Of a stretch of 64,000 nucleotides of DNA, positions 30,061 through 44,850 are shown one piece after another. Below the pieces are notes generated by a model, which searched no databases, was not told the DNA's origin, and worked only from the letters and a program-made list of their open reading frames with translations. How positions within the stretch are numbered: the first letter of the stretch is position 1; each line of letters starts with the position of its first letter. The DNA comes from the human T2T-CHM13v2.0 reference genome, Homo sapiens: NCBI RefSeq assembly GCF_009914755.1, contig NC_060945.1, one strand, 5' to 3'. The translations under genes were made by a program, and so were the position numbers.

Positions 30061-30834
30061 GTTAATGTGATCATATTAACTTACATAAGCATTTGCATGC
30101 ACACATCACTATGCCATACATAAGGAATTCTACATACACAAATGAAAGATAGCAGATACACTGTCTGCCCCTACAGACCAATCCAGAGATTTGTGTCACA
30201 TGGACCAAGATGATATTCATTCACAAAATGAGAATCTGCTATATGAAATGAGCACTGTGAAAACATTTCCCAAATGCCAAGTAAACATAACCCCTCCTGT
30301 AAATATACACGAAGAAGAAAGCAAATTCCTACGAAAGCAACAGACACAACTTTTGACTGCTGAATCTGGGTGAACATTTGGGAGTGAGACAAACCAAACA
30401 ATCCATTTCCTAAGTAATAGCAAAAGCATTCTTTGGATAACCTCCATTAGAAGTTATTGTTTTCCCTCATAAAGCTAAGAATACTTAATAGAATTTCTCT
30501 CATTACAGCATGAATTCACAAGTAATTACATCAGGAATACGTAAAAGAGGTATTAGCAGAACCAGTCAAAACAAGAATCTGGAGCAAGTTGGTACCATCA
30601 GCACTTACACAGAATGCACAATTAGCCATTAAGAGCATAAAGCATTAGAATAATAGAAACACAGTGGCTAAAGCTGTGAGTATTTCAGACACTTGACTTG
30701 GAATATATCCAGTAGCTGACACAAAGTCTCATTCTCAAGTTCAAAGAAAACTTTCTTCTATTATTAAAAAGAGGTACTAGGCAAAATAGTTTCTACTAAC
30801 CTTTGTAGTCAATGTCCTGGGCCCCAGAACAGGA

Positions 30835-31290
30835 GTGCTGTGCAGGGTTCTTGATTCCCTGTAAAGGAAACCAACTCTGGTTACTTGAAGGCAAAATGCA
30901 ATTTATCAGGAGGATATAGGGTAGATGACAGGATTCAGGCAAAGACTAGTCAACCAAGCACAGAAAAGTGGACAAAATAAAAGAAGGCCAGAACCACAGC
31001 CAAAATCCTAATAGAAGATCCTACATAGATTCTTACTGTGGCCTCATTATTACTAGCACCACTGCCAACCCTGGACAGGGAATTCTAGAATGCCCCCTGC
31101 TTCTTTGCCCCATGGCCCGAGTCAAAATCCAAGGTAGGAATACGCCAGGCTTACCTTATTCAAATGTCCATTGCCTTGCTGCAATGGGAGCAGAGCAGCT
31201 GGAAACTCAGGCCTCCTTAATGGGAACCAGGGTCCTGCTGCCACCCATCTTGAGCTTTCCCAAAATAGGGATGGTCTTCAGAGTCTCAAC
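30835..31290 (-). mobile_element. Old MaLR LTR (MLT1K-N-like)
   Basis: gcagggttcttg...ggaaaccaactctggttactt...aatttatcaggaggatatagggtag; diverged. Confidence 0.45.
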
Positions 31291-33172
31291 TAATGTCCTT
31301 TTTGGATTTGACTCCTCTTTCTCAAGGAACTGCAAAATAAACACAGCTATCACTATTACACAAAAAAGGAAATAAACTACAATACTAGATGAAGTATAAG
31401 TCTAGGGACTATATACCTACTATATATGTTCTACAGTAAGTCTTATGGAGAAATAACACTTCACTTCTGTATGCTTTTCTAGTCCTTCTAGAATTGAAAC
31501 CAGTGAGGGGCAATTTAAGGTCAACATCTGCTCCTCACATGCCTTCCACAGCAATATGATGTGAGCACTGCAGTTCCATTGAGCTGTGGCAATTGGGGTA
31601 GTTTAGGAAGACAGTGGAGAACAGCAAGACAGTTAGATCCCAGTGAAAGGAGGAAGTGCCCATGTTTATCCCAACAATGAAGTGCATGTTGAGAAGTGTT
31701 GGGAACCTTCAGCTTCAACTCCACAGCAACAGAGAAGAGACTTAGGACTGAAGGATCCCTAACCAACAATGAGATAGCTGCAGACATGCATAGCAGCAGT
31801 ATTTTCTGTTCAGCTTGTAAACACCCAAACGTGGAAAGCTAATCAATAGCACAGCTATGTGATGTCAACACACTGACTTTTGCCTTGGGCTGGAAGTCCC
31901 TGGTTCAGTCAACCCACTCCCATGAGAGACACTCACAGCCCCAGAGTTTATCAAAATCTAAAGCCATCCAGTTCTTAATTACTTCTCTTTCATAATTAAA
32001 AAGAAACTCAGACTACATTTCTAAATTTCTTTGGACAAAGAATGTTTTGTTAACTCAAGTGCTCAGTTGGGTTATAAATCCTCAAAGCTAATGCCAATAG
32101 ATCTACAACAAGAAGAGTGATTTTTGTCTGCAATTTTTTTAATGGCCCCCATTTTAGAAAAGACAAACATTTATCTACTCAATGCACAATGCAGTGTGGT
32201 AAGTACCTCCGCTGTCTTATGAAAGAACACTCAAACTATTTGTACGTTTTGGGTAGATTTATTTCCTAGTGATTGCAACTGGATACATTTTTCAGGTCAA
32301 AGGGAAGGACACAGTCCTTGCTGCAGAGAAAAGCCATAAGTACCCAATCCTCACAGCAGGAGTTGGTGACCTGATACTGAAGGGCTGAATCCAGCCCAGG
32401 ATCAGGGCAAGTTCTGCCTGCTTTGCCCCAGTCTCCTGTCCTCGGGTTGCAGACACATAAGAGGCTGGTATGCTGGACCGAAGGACTGAAGCAGAATGAG
32501 ACCACATGCATTCAACCCAGCAGGGGGAGCGGGGCTGGGCATCCCACCCCAGAAGCCAAGCCTACCAGGCAACCTTTCTAAGGCTTGGCAAAGGCATGCT
32601 ATAATTAGACATTAACATCTAATAAATAATAAGTGAATGCCACTGTAAAGCACTTTGCAAATGGAGAGGACACTATAAGTATGTCCCTGTCATCAATAAT
32701 CATGGTGTTCTAGGTAATCACAGCATTCAGGAAGCAGTTTAGACACAGGCAGCCTCAGCAGGGATACCACTAATGTCCAAAGGCCTAAGCATACAATTTT
32801 TCAAATACCTGCCCTGGCTGGAAGGCTGCCCAGTAAAGATGACAAGCCCACAGAGCTCAGGAGGTCATTCCTGAGAGCTCCACAGAAGATGTAAACACTG
32901 CCAGGGAAAATCATTCCGTTTCCTTAAAGAATATTTGGAGCAGCAAGCTCACTTGTAGATTTACTAAAGTGGAAATCTACGCTAGAAGCAGCAGAGCCCC
33001 TAGAAGCAGCAGAAACTGAGAAAATATTTAAATAATACAAAAAAGTCAGCCACCCTCACTAGCCACCTTCATAATCCCAATTAACATCAATAAGATTTCA
33101 AGGAGAATGTCAGATGTTAGATGCTGTCCATTGAACAATTTTAAGAGGAATTCTAATTCTTTTATAGTCTAG

Positions 33173-33662
<490 letters not shown>

Positions 33663-34169
33663 AATATTCTCCATTTTTGATGTGTACTTAAATCTGTCTC
33701 TTCATCTCCACGCTAAAACCCTAGAGACCATGGACAGTGTTTTAGGGTATATCTTTGGATTTCCTCTGGGACTAACATGATAATGCGATTTAGTAAATTT
33801 TTTGCACAAATTGCTCTACTATAAGATCCTCTAACTGGACATTTCCAATCTTAATATTCTGAAAACTTCATGCAATTTTTTTGGAAATAATTTAGGCAGA
33901 AGTGAAGTTCACCTTTGCTTGCAAGTTCCTACTTCATAGGCCGGTTGATCATTTAAACAAAATCATTTAAACAACATCTCAGGGAAGAACACTTAGTACT
34001 TAAGGACAAAGCAGGTATGCTCAAGACCTTCCGAGATCCCCATTTACTTTAGAGTTGACAAGCTCACCCACAGCTCATTTAAAGGAAAGGAAAAACGGTG
34101 AGCAGTTTTCCTAACAAGGTATTTCTAACACTTTCAGGCCTCCTCTTTTGAGAGCTTTTTTAAAAAAAT

Positions 34170-34630
34170 ATACTATTGAATTTTCCATTTATCTACAAAA
34201 CCATTAAACAGTCAGTGCCCCCAAGCAAACAACAGAGACATTTAAAAGAAAAACCCAAGAAATCACTCCTCATCCCACTCCACCCTTCCAAGATAACCAA
34301 TATCAGCATTTTGAAGTATGTTTTCATGTTTTTCTTGTGGAAACATACCAAAACATGTATATTTACATACAGCTTTTGGTTGGTCGGTTGGTTGTTTTGG
34401 GGGGTTTTGCTTGTTTGTTTGGGTTTTTTCTTTTTGGCAAAACTGAGATCATATTATACATATTATATTGCAACTTGCTTGTTTTTTACTCACCAATGCA
34501 TAAAGAACACTTTTCCAGGTCACCTTATCAATCATTCTCCTTCTTTTCAATACTCACATTATATTCCTTTGTGCATGTATACTATTTTTTTCAACTTTTC
34601 CTATCATTGAACAATCGGGAGTTTTCCACT
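34170..34630 (-). mobile_element. Old L1 (L1ME) 3' end fragment
   Basis: ccaagataaccaatatcagcattttg...gagatcatattatacatattatattgcaacttgcttgttttttact. Confidence 0.6.
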
Positions 34631-34961
34631 GTACAACTCACTTCATTTGTCTACCTTAGTTTGTACTCTAAGCTTTTCTCTAACTCTAAAATTTTGAATT
34701 CACCTAAAATAAAATTCAGTTCTTTGGAGAAATAAAAGCTATTTTCTTGGTCAAATTAGTAAATATTTATTAAATCAAATTTCTTAAAACTAATTTGGAT
34801 CTGACCTTTAGAACATTCTGATATTCTTCAGGACATCAGCACGTTCTAGAATAGTACTTTTATAACAGAGAATGTTCACACCTCCATAATTCATTTAAAA
34901 TAAGTAAAATATGCTGCTGAAAATTCTGGCACAATTTGTATTACTGTAACACAGATTCAGT

Positions 34962-34967
34962 TGTGTA

Positions 34968-35005
<38 letters not shown>

Positions 35006-35060
35006 AAATGTGTGTGTATATATATGTGTATATATATGTGTGTGTGTATATATATGTGTG

Positions 35061-35098
<38 letters not shown>
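34962..35098. repeat. Compound (TG)n(TA)n...(TA)n(CA)n microsatellite
   Basis: Read directly; (TG)12(TA)7 and (TA)7(CA)12 arms. Confidence 0.97.
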
Positions 35099-35102
<4 letters not shown>

Positions 35103-35271
35103 TTTTCTACATGGTGTTCTGGGGAACACTGTCTAGGGAAACGCTAATAGTGATCAAGTAAGTTTAGGCCAATCAGTTTTAAATTAAATATATGATTTTT
35201 AAATTCTGATTTTCTTGCGAAGGTGATCACTTCTAATCTCTTTCCCTAGCTTTCCTCTTAAGCAACAGAGA

Positions 35272-36082
35272 TATATCTGTACATCTTTATTGAACATCTG
35301 TATATCTTTACATCCCTACTGTATATCTATACATCCATATGTCTCTACTGTACATCCATACATCTATACATCTCTATTGTACGTCTATACATCTGTCTCT
35401 ACTGTACATCTATACATCTGCATGTCTCTACTATATGTCTGTACAGCTATACATGCTACATCTATATATCTGTACATCTCTACTGTATGTCTATACATCT
35501 ATACATCTATACTGTACATCTACACATCTGCCCATTGTTACTGTACATCTGTACATCTCTACTTGTCTGTACATCTATACATCTATACATCTGTACATCT
35601 CTACTGAACATCTGTACATCTGTATAGCTCTATTGAACATCTATACATCTGCCCATCTTTACTGTACATCTGTACATCTCTGCTGTGTGTCTGTACATCT
35701 ATACATCTCTACTATACATCTATACATCTGTACATCCCTACTGAACATCTGTATATCTGTATATCTCTACTGTATGTCTATACATCTGTACATGTCTATG
35801 GCACATCTATACATCCGTATGTCTCCATTGTATGTCTGTACATCTGTACATCTCTACTATAAATCTATATATCTGTACATGTCTACTGTACATCTGTACA
35901 CCTGCACATCTCTACTGTATATCTATACATCTGCACATCTCTATCGTTAAGTCTGTACAACTGCATGTCTCTACTGTACATCTGTACATCTACACATCTC
36001 TACCATATGTATGTACTTCTATACATCTTTACTGTACATCTATACACCTGCACATCTATATATCTCTATGTCTCAACTGTAC
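35272..36082. repeat. Degenerate minisatellite, ~29-bp unit (CTRTACAT x3 + CTCTA), ~28 copies
   Basis: Octamers ctgtacat/ctatacat punctuated about every third unit by ctcta. Confidence 0.93.
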
Positions 36083-36884
36083 TGACCAGATACAGAGGAC
36101 CTCATACTGCAAGGTCCCTAGTACCAGGCACACAGAGCCACCAGGCAAATATATGTAGCCCTCTAGCATCCCTGCCCACCCCTTCTCAGCACACCTCTTT
36201 ATTCTGCATACATTGTCCCTTGCTGAAACATTAAGCAATCAGTCCAGATGGAAGTAAAAAATCATCCTCCTCATTTTTTCTATGCCCTCAATCTTTTTTA
36301 TTCTTAAGGCTAAAATAAAGTGACATTTGGTTTCACTTTTTAAAAGTTTGTCACTCATAAGAAACCACCTGAAAGTATGTAGGAAAGTGGCTTAGTTTTA
36401 ACCCAGCAATCAGAATGCCACTTAACCACAGGCATATGGATATTCAATTCTCACCTCCAGCAAAAGAGAAAAATGAGGCTTGGCCTTAACGCGTCCACAT
36501 CAGGGAAACTGGAAGCTCGTCTTGGGAATTCAAACAGCCTGAGGCCTTTTCACAAAGCCCAATCAAGCCCTCCCACCCCCACTCACAATTCGACTCTTAC
36601 TTTCACAGTGCATCAAAATAGACAGGAATTACTTTTTCAAACTGGGTAAAATCCAGAAGATTTGTCTTGGGTATCTACTCCTTGGGAAAAACCGTGCTAG
36701 AGACTGAGAATCAAAAGAAACTCTTTCTAATAAACTTAAAGCTTTAATTGAAGCAATAAATCAAATGCACAGAGATGAGCAGCGCAGGATGCTAGGGGGT
36801 AAGAGCCTAACGGCTTACCACTGTTCTCCCAAACGAGAGTGCTTGCACCTGGCTGAACAAGACTTCTGGGGCAGGGCTGAGAAC

Positions 36885-37215
36885 CACAGATAAGAACCAC
36901 CTGGGATTGATAAAGGGCCTGCCCAGCACACGCCTACCTCATCAGACTATGAGGATGAGTGCCCTGGAATCTAAGCTTTGAATCAGCTCTCCAGGGGATT
37001 CCAATAGACACTAAAATCTTAAAGTCATAGGACTACATTTTTTCTTGAAATGTGGTTACCAGACCAGCAACACCTGAATCTTATCAGTAATGAGAATGCG
37101 TCCCTACGCTACAGACCTACTGCATCAAAAATTCTGGCAATGGACTCAGTGATCGCTGTTTAACGAGCCCTCCAGGTGGTTTTGATGAAATGCTGAAAGT
37201 TTGAGAACCGTGGCT
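36885..37215. mobile_element. Two adjacent MER5-family MITEs
   Basis: agaaccacctggga...ctctccaggggattcca; tgtggttaccagaccagcaacacctg...gccctccaggtggttttgatg...aaagtttgagaacc. Confidence 0.65.
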
Positions 37216-37249
37216 ATCGTATGTCTCTGCAGACCTCAGTTTGAAAAAT

Positions 37250-37700
37250 ATTGCAGTAGCCAATAAGAACACAGGAGTTTAATGAGGGAGGCCATTGCCT
37301 GAAGCAGGAACAGCCTGTAGACCCTTAAAAGAGAAGAGCTCATCTAGAGGATGTGGCATTGAAATAATGGATTACACAGTGGAAAAGAAGAAGGAAAATG
37401 AAAGAAAATGACAATTGGCAGATCTACGCATCAATAATCACTTCAGTGAGCAGAGAAGTTTCATGCCATTTTTGAATTATAGGATTTACAGTTAGGCATG
37501 CTAAGCTTGATCTGGGAGAACGTAAGAGTTACAGGAAAGTGTGGACTTTCTTATTCAGGCATTGAGGAAACCTTAAAGGATAATGAGTTAGGGAATATCA
37601 AGACACAAGATTATGTTTAGGAGATGTGATTATGCATTAATGCACTTAGAGAAATGTAAAGGAGGGTTGAAAAGTAGGAAATTAGATTAAAAGTCTTGCA
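37250..37700 (-). mobile_element. L2 LINE fragment
   Basis: Purine-rich; gtgtggactttcttattcaggcattgaggaaacc resembles antisense L2. Confidence 0.4.
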
Positions 37701-38902
37701 GTATTTCAGAAATAAGGTTATGCGGGTCTGCATTAGGGTGCTGGCTGTAAGAGGCAAAGTTAAATAGATACAGAGGTGAAAGGAAGAAAAATGGGCTGTA
37801 CTTGGAGTTTGGATGGGGTAGGGGAGAGTGAAGGAGGAACCGAAAAAGGAAGGGAGATGAGAAGGAGGAAAGTGGATAAAAATGACAGCCCAGCTTCAAG
37901 GCTGATCAATAAGGAGCATTTATGAACACAGGAAATCCTGAAGGGGTATGAGCTTGGGGCAGGGAGTGGGGAACGGGGGTGGGGGAGATTTGGAGCCTCA
38001 TCATTTCTCACAATTATCTCTACTCTTTTTATCACGTTCAGTTCTCAAATCATTCTACTGCAAAGGCGATGAAGATAATAATTCTACAAGCTCTGTGGCA
38101 ACTGGATACCAAGGCCCTTCTGGCTTACAAAGAGAGAAAGTCTAAATTTACCCAAGAAATGTTGTTTATCCGTATTACATCTGGAGAGCAACTTCAATCT
38201 TAATCCTCAAAATCTTCCAGGAAATTCCCCAGGGAACCTAGAATGCTGGCTCTCATTTACAGTAGCTAAAGACACCTTGGTTAACTTGGATGTACATTTA
38301 ACCTAAAGTATCTGTAATTTCAAATTTGCCAACAAAAAACATTAACTCTGCCTTTGCATGAAAACATATCAGTTAAGGAGGCCCAATTTGAAGCAGTCTG
38401 AATGCACATTTTTGCTTCTGCCTCCTCATTAATGGTATGCAAGTGTGTTGCTAAAACATGTAAACATTTCAGGGCGTAGAAAAACCTCCTTGATGCCAGC
38501 ATTCCTGCTTAATTCTTCCCTCTCCTGGCAAACCTTCTGGAATGTAGTAGTTAAACTCCCAGGTGTGCTGATGGGTAACAGAATGATTAAAGAATAATAA
38601 AACACTAAAGGTCACTTTCTGGTTCAGGATTTGGAGATGACCTAGCTCCATGCAAACTGAGTCAGAGGCTCTGGACTTGACTCAGAGGTGGTGCTTGCAT
38701 AGGGCGGATTAAAATGCTCTACAAAGCAGAAGCCAGAAACACACACCAGGATGGGAGACAGGGATGCCTGTTAACAACCACTGCTGCCAACTGAAAGGGC
38801 TCCCAATGACCAAAGCTGGAAGAAGTTAAGCAATAAAATAAATAACATTATATGAGATTATAATGCAAAATATAAAATAAGCATTCATAAACTCATACTC
38901 AT

Positions 38903-39356
38903 TATATTACTTTCCTAAGGCTGCCATAACAAATTAACACACAGTCTGTGACTTAGACAATAGAAATTTGTTTTCTCACAATTCTCAAGGATAAAAATCT
39001 GAAATTAAGCTGTTGGCTGGGCTACACTCCCTCTGAGACTCTAGGAGAGAATCCATTCTTTGTCTCCTCCAGCTTCTGGTGGCTCCAGATGTCCCTGGTC
39101 TTGTGTCTGCATAACTCCAACCTCTGCCTCCATCTCCACACGGCCTTCTCCTGGGTGAACCTCCTCTTCTGTGTCTTATAAGGATGCTTGGCATTGGATT
39201 TAGGACCCACCTAGATAATCCAGTATAATCTTGTTTTGAAATTCTTAACTTAGTCACAACTGCGATGACTTCTTTGCAAATAAGGTCACATTCACAAGTT
39301 GCAGGGATTAGGTAGTGGGCATATCTTTTTGGGAGCCACCGTTCAAACCACTATGC
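38903..39356 (-). mobile_element. MaLR solo LTR (MLT1C-like)
   Basis: tttcctaaggctgccataacaaatt...ccagcttctggtggctcc...gcaaataaggtcacattcacaag. Confidence 0.88.
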
Positions 39357-40099
39357 TGATATAAATGAATGATTGATTGAATAAATGGCTGAGTAAACAG
39401 GCAAATAAATAGAGAGGATAGACAACTCTCCCATGCAAAAGAATTTTAAATAATTTATGGAGCTACTCCCCACTCAAGAATGTGGAACAAAATTCTCTAC
39501 TCCTTAAACATGGGCTGTACATAGTGACTTCCTTCCAAAGAGTACAGTGTGAGAGGGGGTGGGGAGAGAGTAACTCTACAGTGGAGAAAGCTAACGAACA
39601 CTACCCAGGCCAGGTGATCAATGTTATGTCAACAGCAAAGAGTCATGTTAATAGCATGATGTGAAGAGAATGGCATTTGTTTCTGTTGTCTTCCTTCAAA
39701 AAAAAAAAAAACAACAACATAACCCCCTCCCAACGCTGAAAAAAGCATCAGAAAAAAGCTTCATTGAAAAAAAAAATCTGCAAAATACATGACTAGTACT
39801 CCTCAAAGCTTCTCAAGGCCACCAAAACCAAAGTCTGAAAAAATGTCACAGTCTAAATGAGCCTAATGAGATGGGACAACAAAGCGAAATGCAGGATCCT
39901 GGACAAGAAAAAAGGAGGTTCAGTAAAAATTTAGGAAGTGAAAGAAGGGTGGACTTTAGTTAATATCAATGTATCGATGTTGGTTTATTAGCTGTGACAG
40001 GTGAACCACAGTAATGTGAGATAAGGATAGCCAGGCCTTGGATCTATGAGAACACCCTGAACTACCTATCTTTGCAGCTTTTCTTTAAATCTAAAACTG

Positions 40100-40400
<301 letters not shown>

Positions 40401-40481
40401 CTAAAACTATTCTAAAATAAAAATGTATTTTTAAGATCTGAATATTGCTGCATTCCTTTGATAAAGGGATGGGGGCCTAAT

Positions 40482-40680
40482 CCAGGGGTTCTCAGCCTCA
40501 GCACTACTGACTTTTGTTGGAGGAAGTTTTTTGTACATTGTAGGATGTTAAGCAGCATCCCTGGCCTTCATTCACTAGATGCTAGAAGCACACCTCCCTT
40601 CCCAGTTTGTGTACACCCAGATACAGCTCCTGACATTGGCAAGGAGTGAGGCAAAATCATTCCTGGTCCAGGACCACTGA
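40482..40680 (+). mobile_element. MER20 hAT-Charlie MITE
   Basis: caggggttctcagcctcagcactactgac...cattgtaggatgttaagcagcatccctggcc...gaccactg. Confidence 0.8.
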
Positions 40681-40719
40681 CCCTGTCCAAGGCAGAGAGG
40701 CCAGATGTCATGAGAAAAA

Positions 40720-41280
<561 letters not shown>

Positions 41281-42761
41281 CATAATCCTTCGCTCTGAGA
41301 AGGATTAGTAATGTCTTCTGAGCAGACATGAGGAGGCTTTAATTAACACCCAGGCCCTCAAATCCTTTAACAGTAGATGTAGCTCAGGAAGGCCATGCAA
41401 CGCCTGTTGATGGCTTGTCCCAAATGTCATCGTGACCCAAGCTAAGTGATGAGCTTATTGAACATCTGACATTGATGAGCTTCTTTTGAAATAGGTTTCA
41501 TTTTTCTCCAAGCACTTCCTTCCAACGTACCTGGTCTGAGTCCTGTTCCCAGTTCTTGACGGCAAAGGAGCTTATTGGTCAGTTGCAGTGGTAAGAAGGG
41601 CCTTCTTATAAATTGATTTCTGCAGACATGACTCACTAATGTAACTTAAACTTCAGCCTCAGGTCCATGTCACAACACAAGCCTGGCCCTGGAGTGGGGA
41701 TGTGTAATGGGGGCCATACTCTCTCTTCTCCCTCCCTGTCCTGACACCTGTTCCTCCAGAGCCAGGCAGGTGGGAACCAGATCAGAGAAGAAGAGGCACA
41801 CGTCCCTCCTCCCGGGTGCTAGTGAGTTACCCACTGGGAGATGTCCACATACTGGCTCTTTCTTGGGGTGCATGGAAGAGTTTTCAAAAGCCTGCAGGGA
41901 ACTTTACCCTGGTAGGTCCCCTATAGGGGCGATCTGCTCTGCTGTCTCCAGTTCCTGCCCTAACAGTGCATCCACACAACTGTTACTGCTGTAATTCCCT
42001 GACCACCGCAGGATATCCTCTTGGCCATTGTATCCTCAAGGCACTTTTTGCCAGGTTATCGCCCATTATTTCATTTGGTCCATAGGAATGCATACATTTG
42101 TACCAGACAAAAGGTGTGAGTGTCACCCTCCCAGCTGCCTTCTCTCAACTTCCTAACATCACAAACTGCTCTTATCAGCCTTCCCTCTCCACAGTTATGA
42201 AAGCAAGCAAGAGGTACAAGCTCATAAACTCACGTGCATGCACAGACTCCGGGAAATGTGTCACATTCTCCCAAGAAGGTTCTCACCACCCCCTACCACA
42301 CGGAGACGGATCTTTGGATTTCTTCAGCTAAGCAGGCCTCCAGTCACTAAATCAGTCTCCGCTCTTGTTGGCATGCTCCTATCTCCAAAAGGCGACCTGG
42401 AGCCCTGGCCCTCAGGCAGCATAAGGAGGGAACAGAGCCTCACTGCCTAAGACCTCTTGCTAGATCAGTAACCACTCTTTCCATGAATCCCCCTTTCTAC
42501 CAATGCTCTTCTTGAATGAAATGTCATGAAATCTAGTCTTCTCTTTACATAGAGTGTGGGGGTAGCACAACAATCCACTCTTCTTTAGTGAGGCATTTGG
42601 AAGAGGAATTTGCCACCTCCTAGCATTCCCTTTAAGATATGGAAACACCTACTGCTTATTATCCTCAGCTTTGGGACTTTAGCTGAAAGCCCTGACAATA
42701 GGAAATGTCTCCTTCGGCATCCCGTTAATCTGTGTGCAGCTGCATTATAAATAGTATTACT

Positions 42762-43050
42762 GGCAGGGTACCATGGCTCACGCCTGTAATCCCAACTCTT
42801 TGGGAGATCACCTGAGGCCAGGAGTTCAAGACTAGCCTGGGCAACATGGAGAAACCTTGTCTCTACTAAAAATAAAAAAAAAAAATAGCTGGGCGTGGTG
42901 GCACATCCCTTTAACCCCAGCTACTCAGATAGCTACTCACTTGCTGAGGCACGTGAATCGCTTGAACCTGGGAGGTAGAAGTTGCAGGGAGCCGAGATTG
43001 TGCCACTGCTCTCCACCCTGGGCGACAGAGACTCTGTCTCAAAAAATAAA
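42762..43050 (+). mobile_element. Alu SINE with small internal indels
   Basis: Dimer; ~14-nt deletion after tttgggag and duplicated agctactca. Confidence 0.95.
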
Positions 43051-44624
43051 GTATTATTTAAATTCTTGGCAATCTGAGATGTTGACCAGGTAGAGGGTTT
43101 ATCCCACCAGATACAATAAAAGATAGATCCTATTGCATCTAATAGTAACTCAGCTGGCCAGGGTCTGTGCTAAGGCATGCAAAATAAACACTGGGAAGGC
43201 AAGGGTAGTGACAGCAGGAAGAAAAGGAATAAATAAACCTATCACACGCCAGCATCATGAAGATGTTACCGAGAGCCCATGGCTATTGGGATCCTGAAGT
43301 AACACGAGGAAACAAAGATCAGTTTCACACACAGAAATAGGGAAGACATGTTGATGTCATGAAGATCCTCAAAGGGACCTCAGGGATGACCATCCTTACC
43401 GTAGCTCTAAAGTGACAACCTGAGCCAGGCTTACATCACAAAGAGGAGAATAAGAGAAACCCTCATCCCATGGTGACATCCCAAGACTGTCTCCTGATCT
43501 AGCCCCCTCCCATCACCACGCCAACCAGGAGGCGTCAGCCTGGCACTAACGCGGAGATGTCTGTGCTCAGGGTCTGCCTGTTTTCTCTTGGGAGCTGTGG
43601 GGATCTTGTGTTGCTCACTGCTACTTCTTGGACTTTCAGCCTTCTCCATGCGCAGCATCAATAGCTGAGAAAACATTCCGAATCACACTGACCCTATTTA
43701 TTAAGCAAAGGAAGAATATTCTAAGATATAAGGAACAGCTGATTACTGCTATAATGTTGTTTAATAGATAAGAACTAAAGGATGTTGGAAGGTTGTGACA
43801 TTGGTCAACCAGAAGGAAATTTAGAAGGAAATGTTAACCAGGGTAGCCTTGATGCCAGCCCCCCATTTCTTAGAAGTTGAGAGCTAAAGGGTATCAGAAC
43901 AGCTCCTGAGCGTCCCAACAAGGATTCCTAGATTTACTCAATTTGAAGATACCATCAATTGTGAGACACAACAAAAAATGGGAGGAAATAACAATTCACC
44001 AAAATTTTAAACATTCGATCAATAGTAAGGTGCTTCTCAATTTCATAAATATTAAAATGTGATGGGAAAAACTAATCAGAAAAAGAGAATAATTAAATGA
44101 CTCCTAGGACTAGAAGAAAACCTCGAAAGGTCTTTCAGCTGACCCCATGCCTTGAGGCGGGCCCCTACACTTCCGCCCAAATCAGAGAAAGTCTGACTAA
44201 TGTTAAAGATTAGGTTCTTTTCATTTTCCATGCCATTCCCTCAGTGAGAGTGAATTATAATTTGCCACGAATATAAAGAAGAGAGAAAAAAGTACATACA
44301 ATTTGCATACTAAAAATTGGAATACTAATGAAGACAAATCACTCCCCTCTGGGAGATGATCTGCTACTAAAATCCTTTTCCTCTGCTTTTAACTTGGCTT
44401 AGTGAAAAATAAATAATTTTTTTAAACTGCAGGGGGTGGGCAATGAGCTTCATTTAGAAAGTATTTCAAAGGTACCCTGGCTTTGTGCATTTTAAACATG
44501 AATTTCAGTAGATGCATTTATCTTTTTAACTATATTGTGCACGCATGCTAAGTTATATATGGCTCTTACAAGAATACGAAATTAGAATCTGCCCCACTGC
44601 AGAGAAAAGTGAAACACTCTTCAT

Positions 44625-44850
44625 TATACCAGGCAGTGTAGGGTAACCTCCGGCTTTGAGTCAGCTGAACCTAAGTTTGAAATTCAACTTTATAACTCAC
44701 TTCGGCATCCCACCTCTATCTCTTGAACTTCTGTTTCTTGATTTATAAAATGGTGCAAATAATTCCCACACGTTACATTCAGGAATCGGTGAGATAACAG
44801 GTGTATATAACACTTTACACAGTGCCAGGGATTCGGTAAGGTTTTGGTCT
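44625..44850 (+). mobile_element. MIR SINE
   Basis: ggctttgagtcagctgaacctaagtttgaaatt...ctgtttcttgatttataaaatgg. Confidence 0.65.

Noticed and set aside
30171-30447. Possible + strand exon (cctacag acceptor) and short ORFs
   Set aside because: Weak donor and unrecognised peptide; no support
34895-35161. Four ORFs rich in VC/YI/HT dipeptides
   Set aside because: Microsatellite translations
35290-36234. ORFs of 89-203 aa (longest in the window)
   Set aside because: They are translations of the 29-bp minisatellite, open in several frames only because the repeat lacks stop codons
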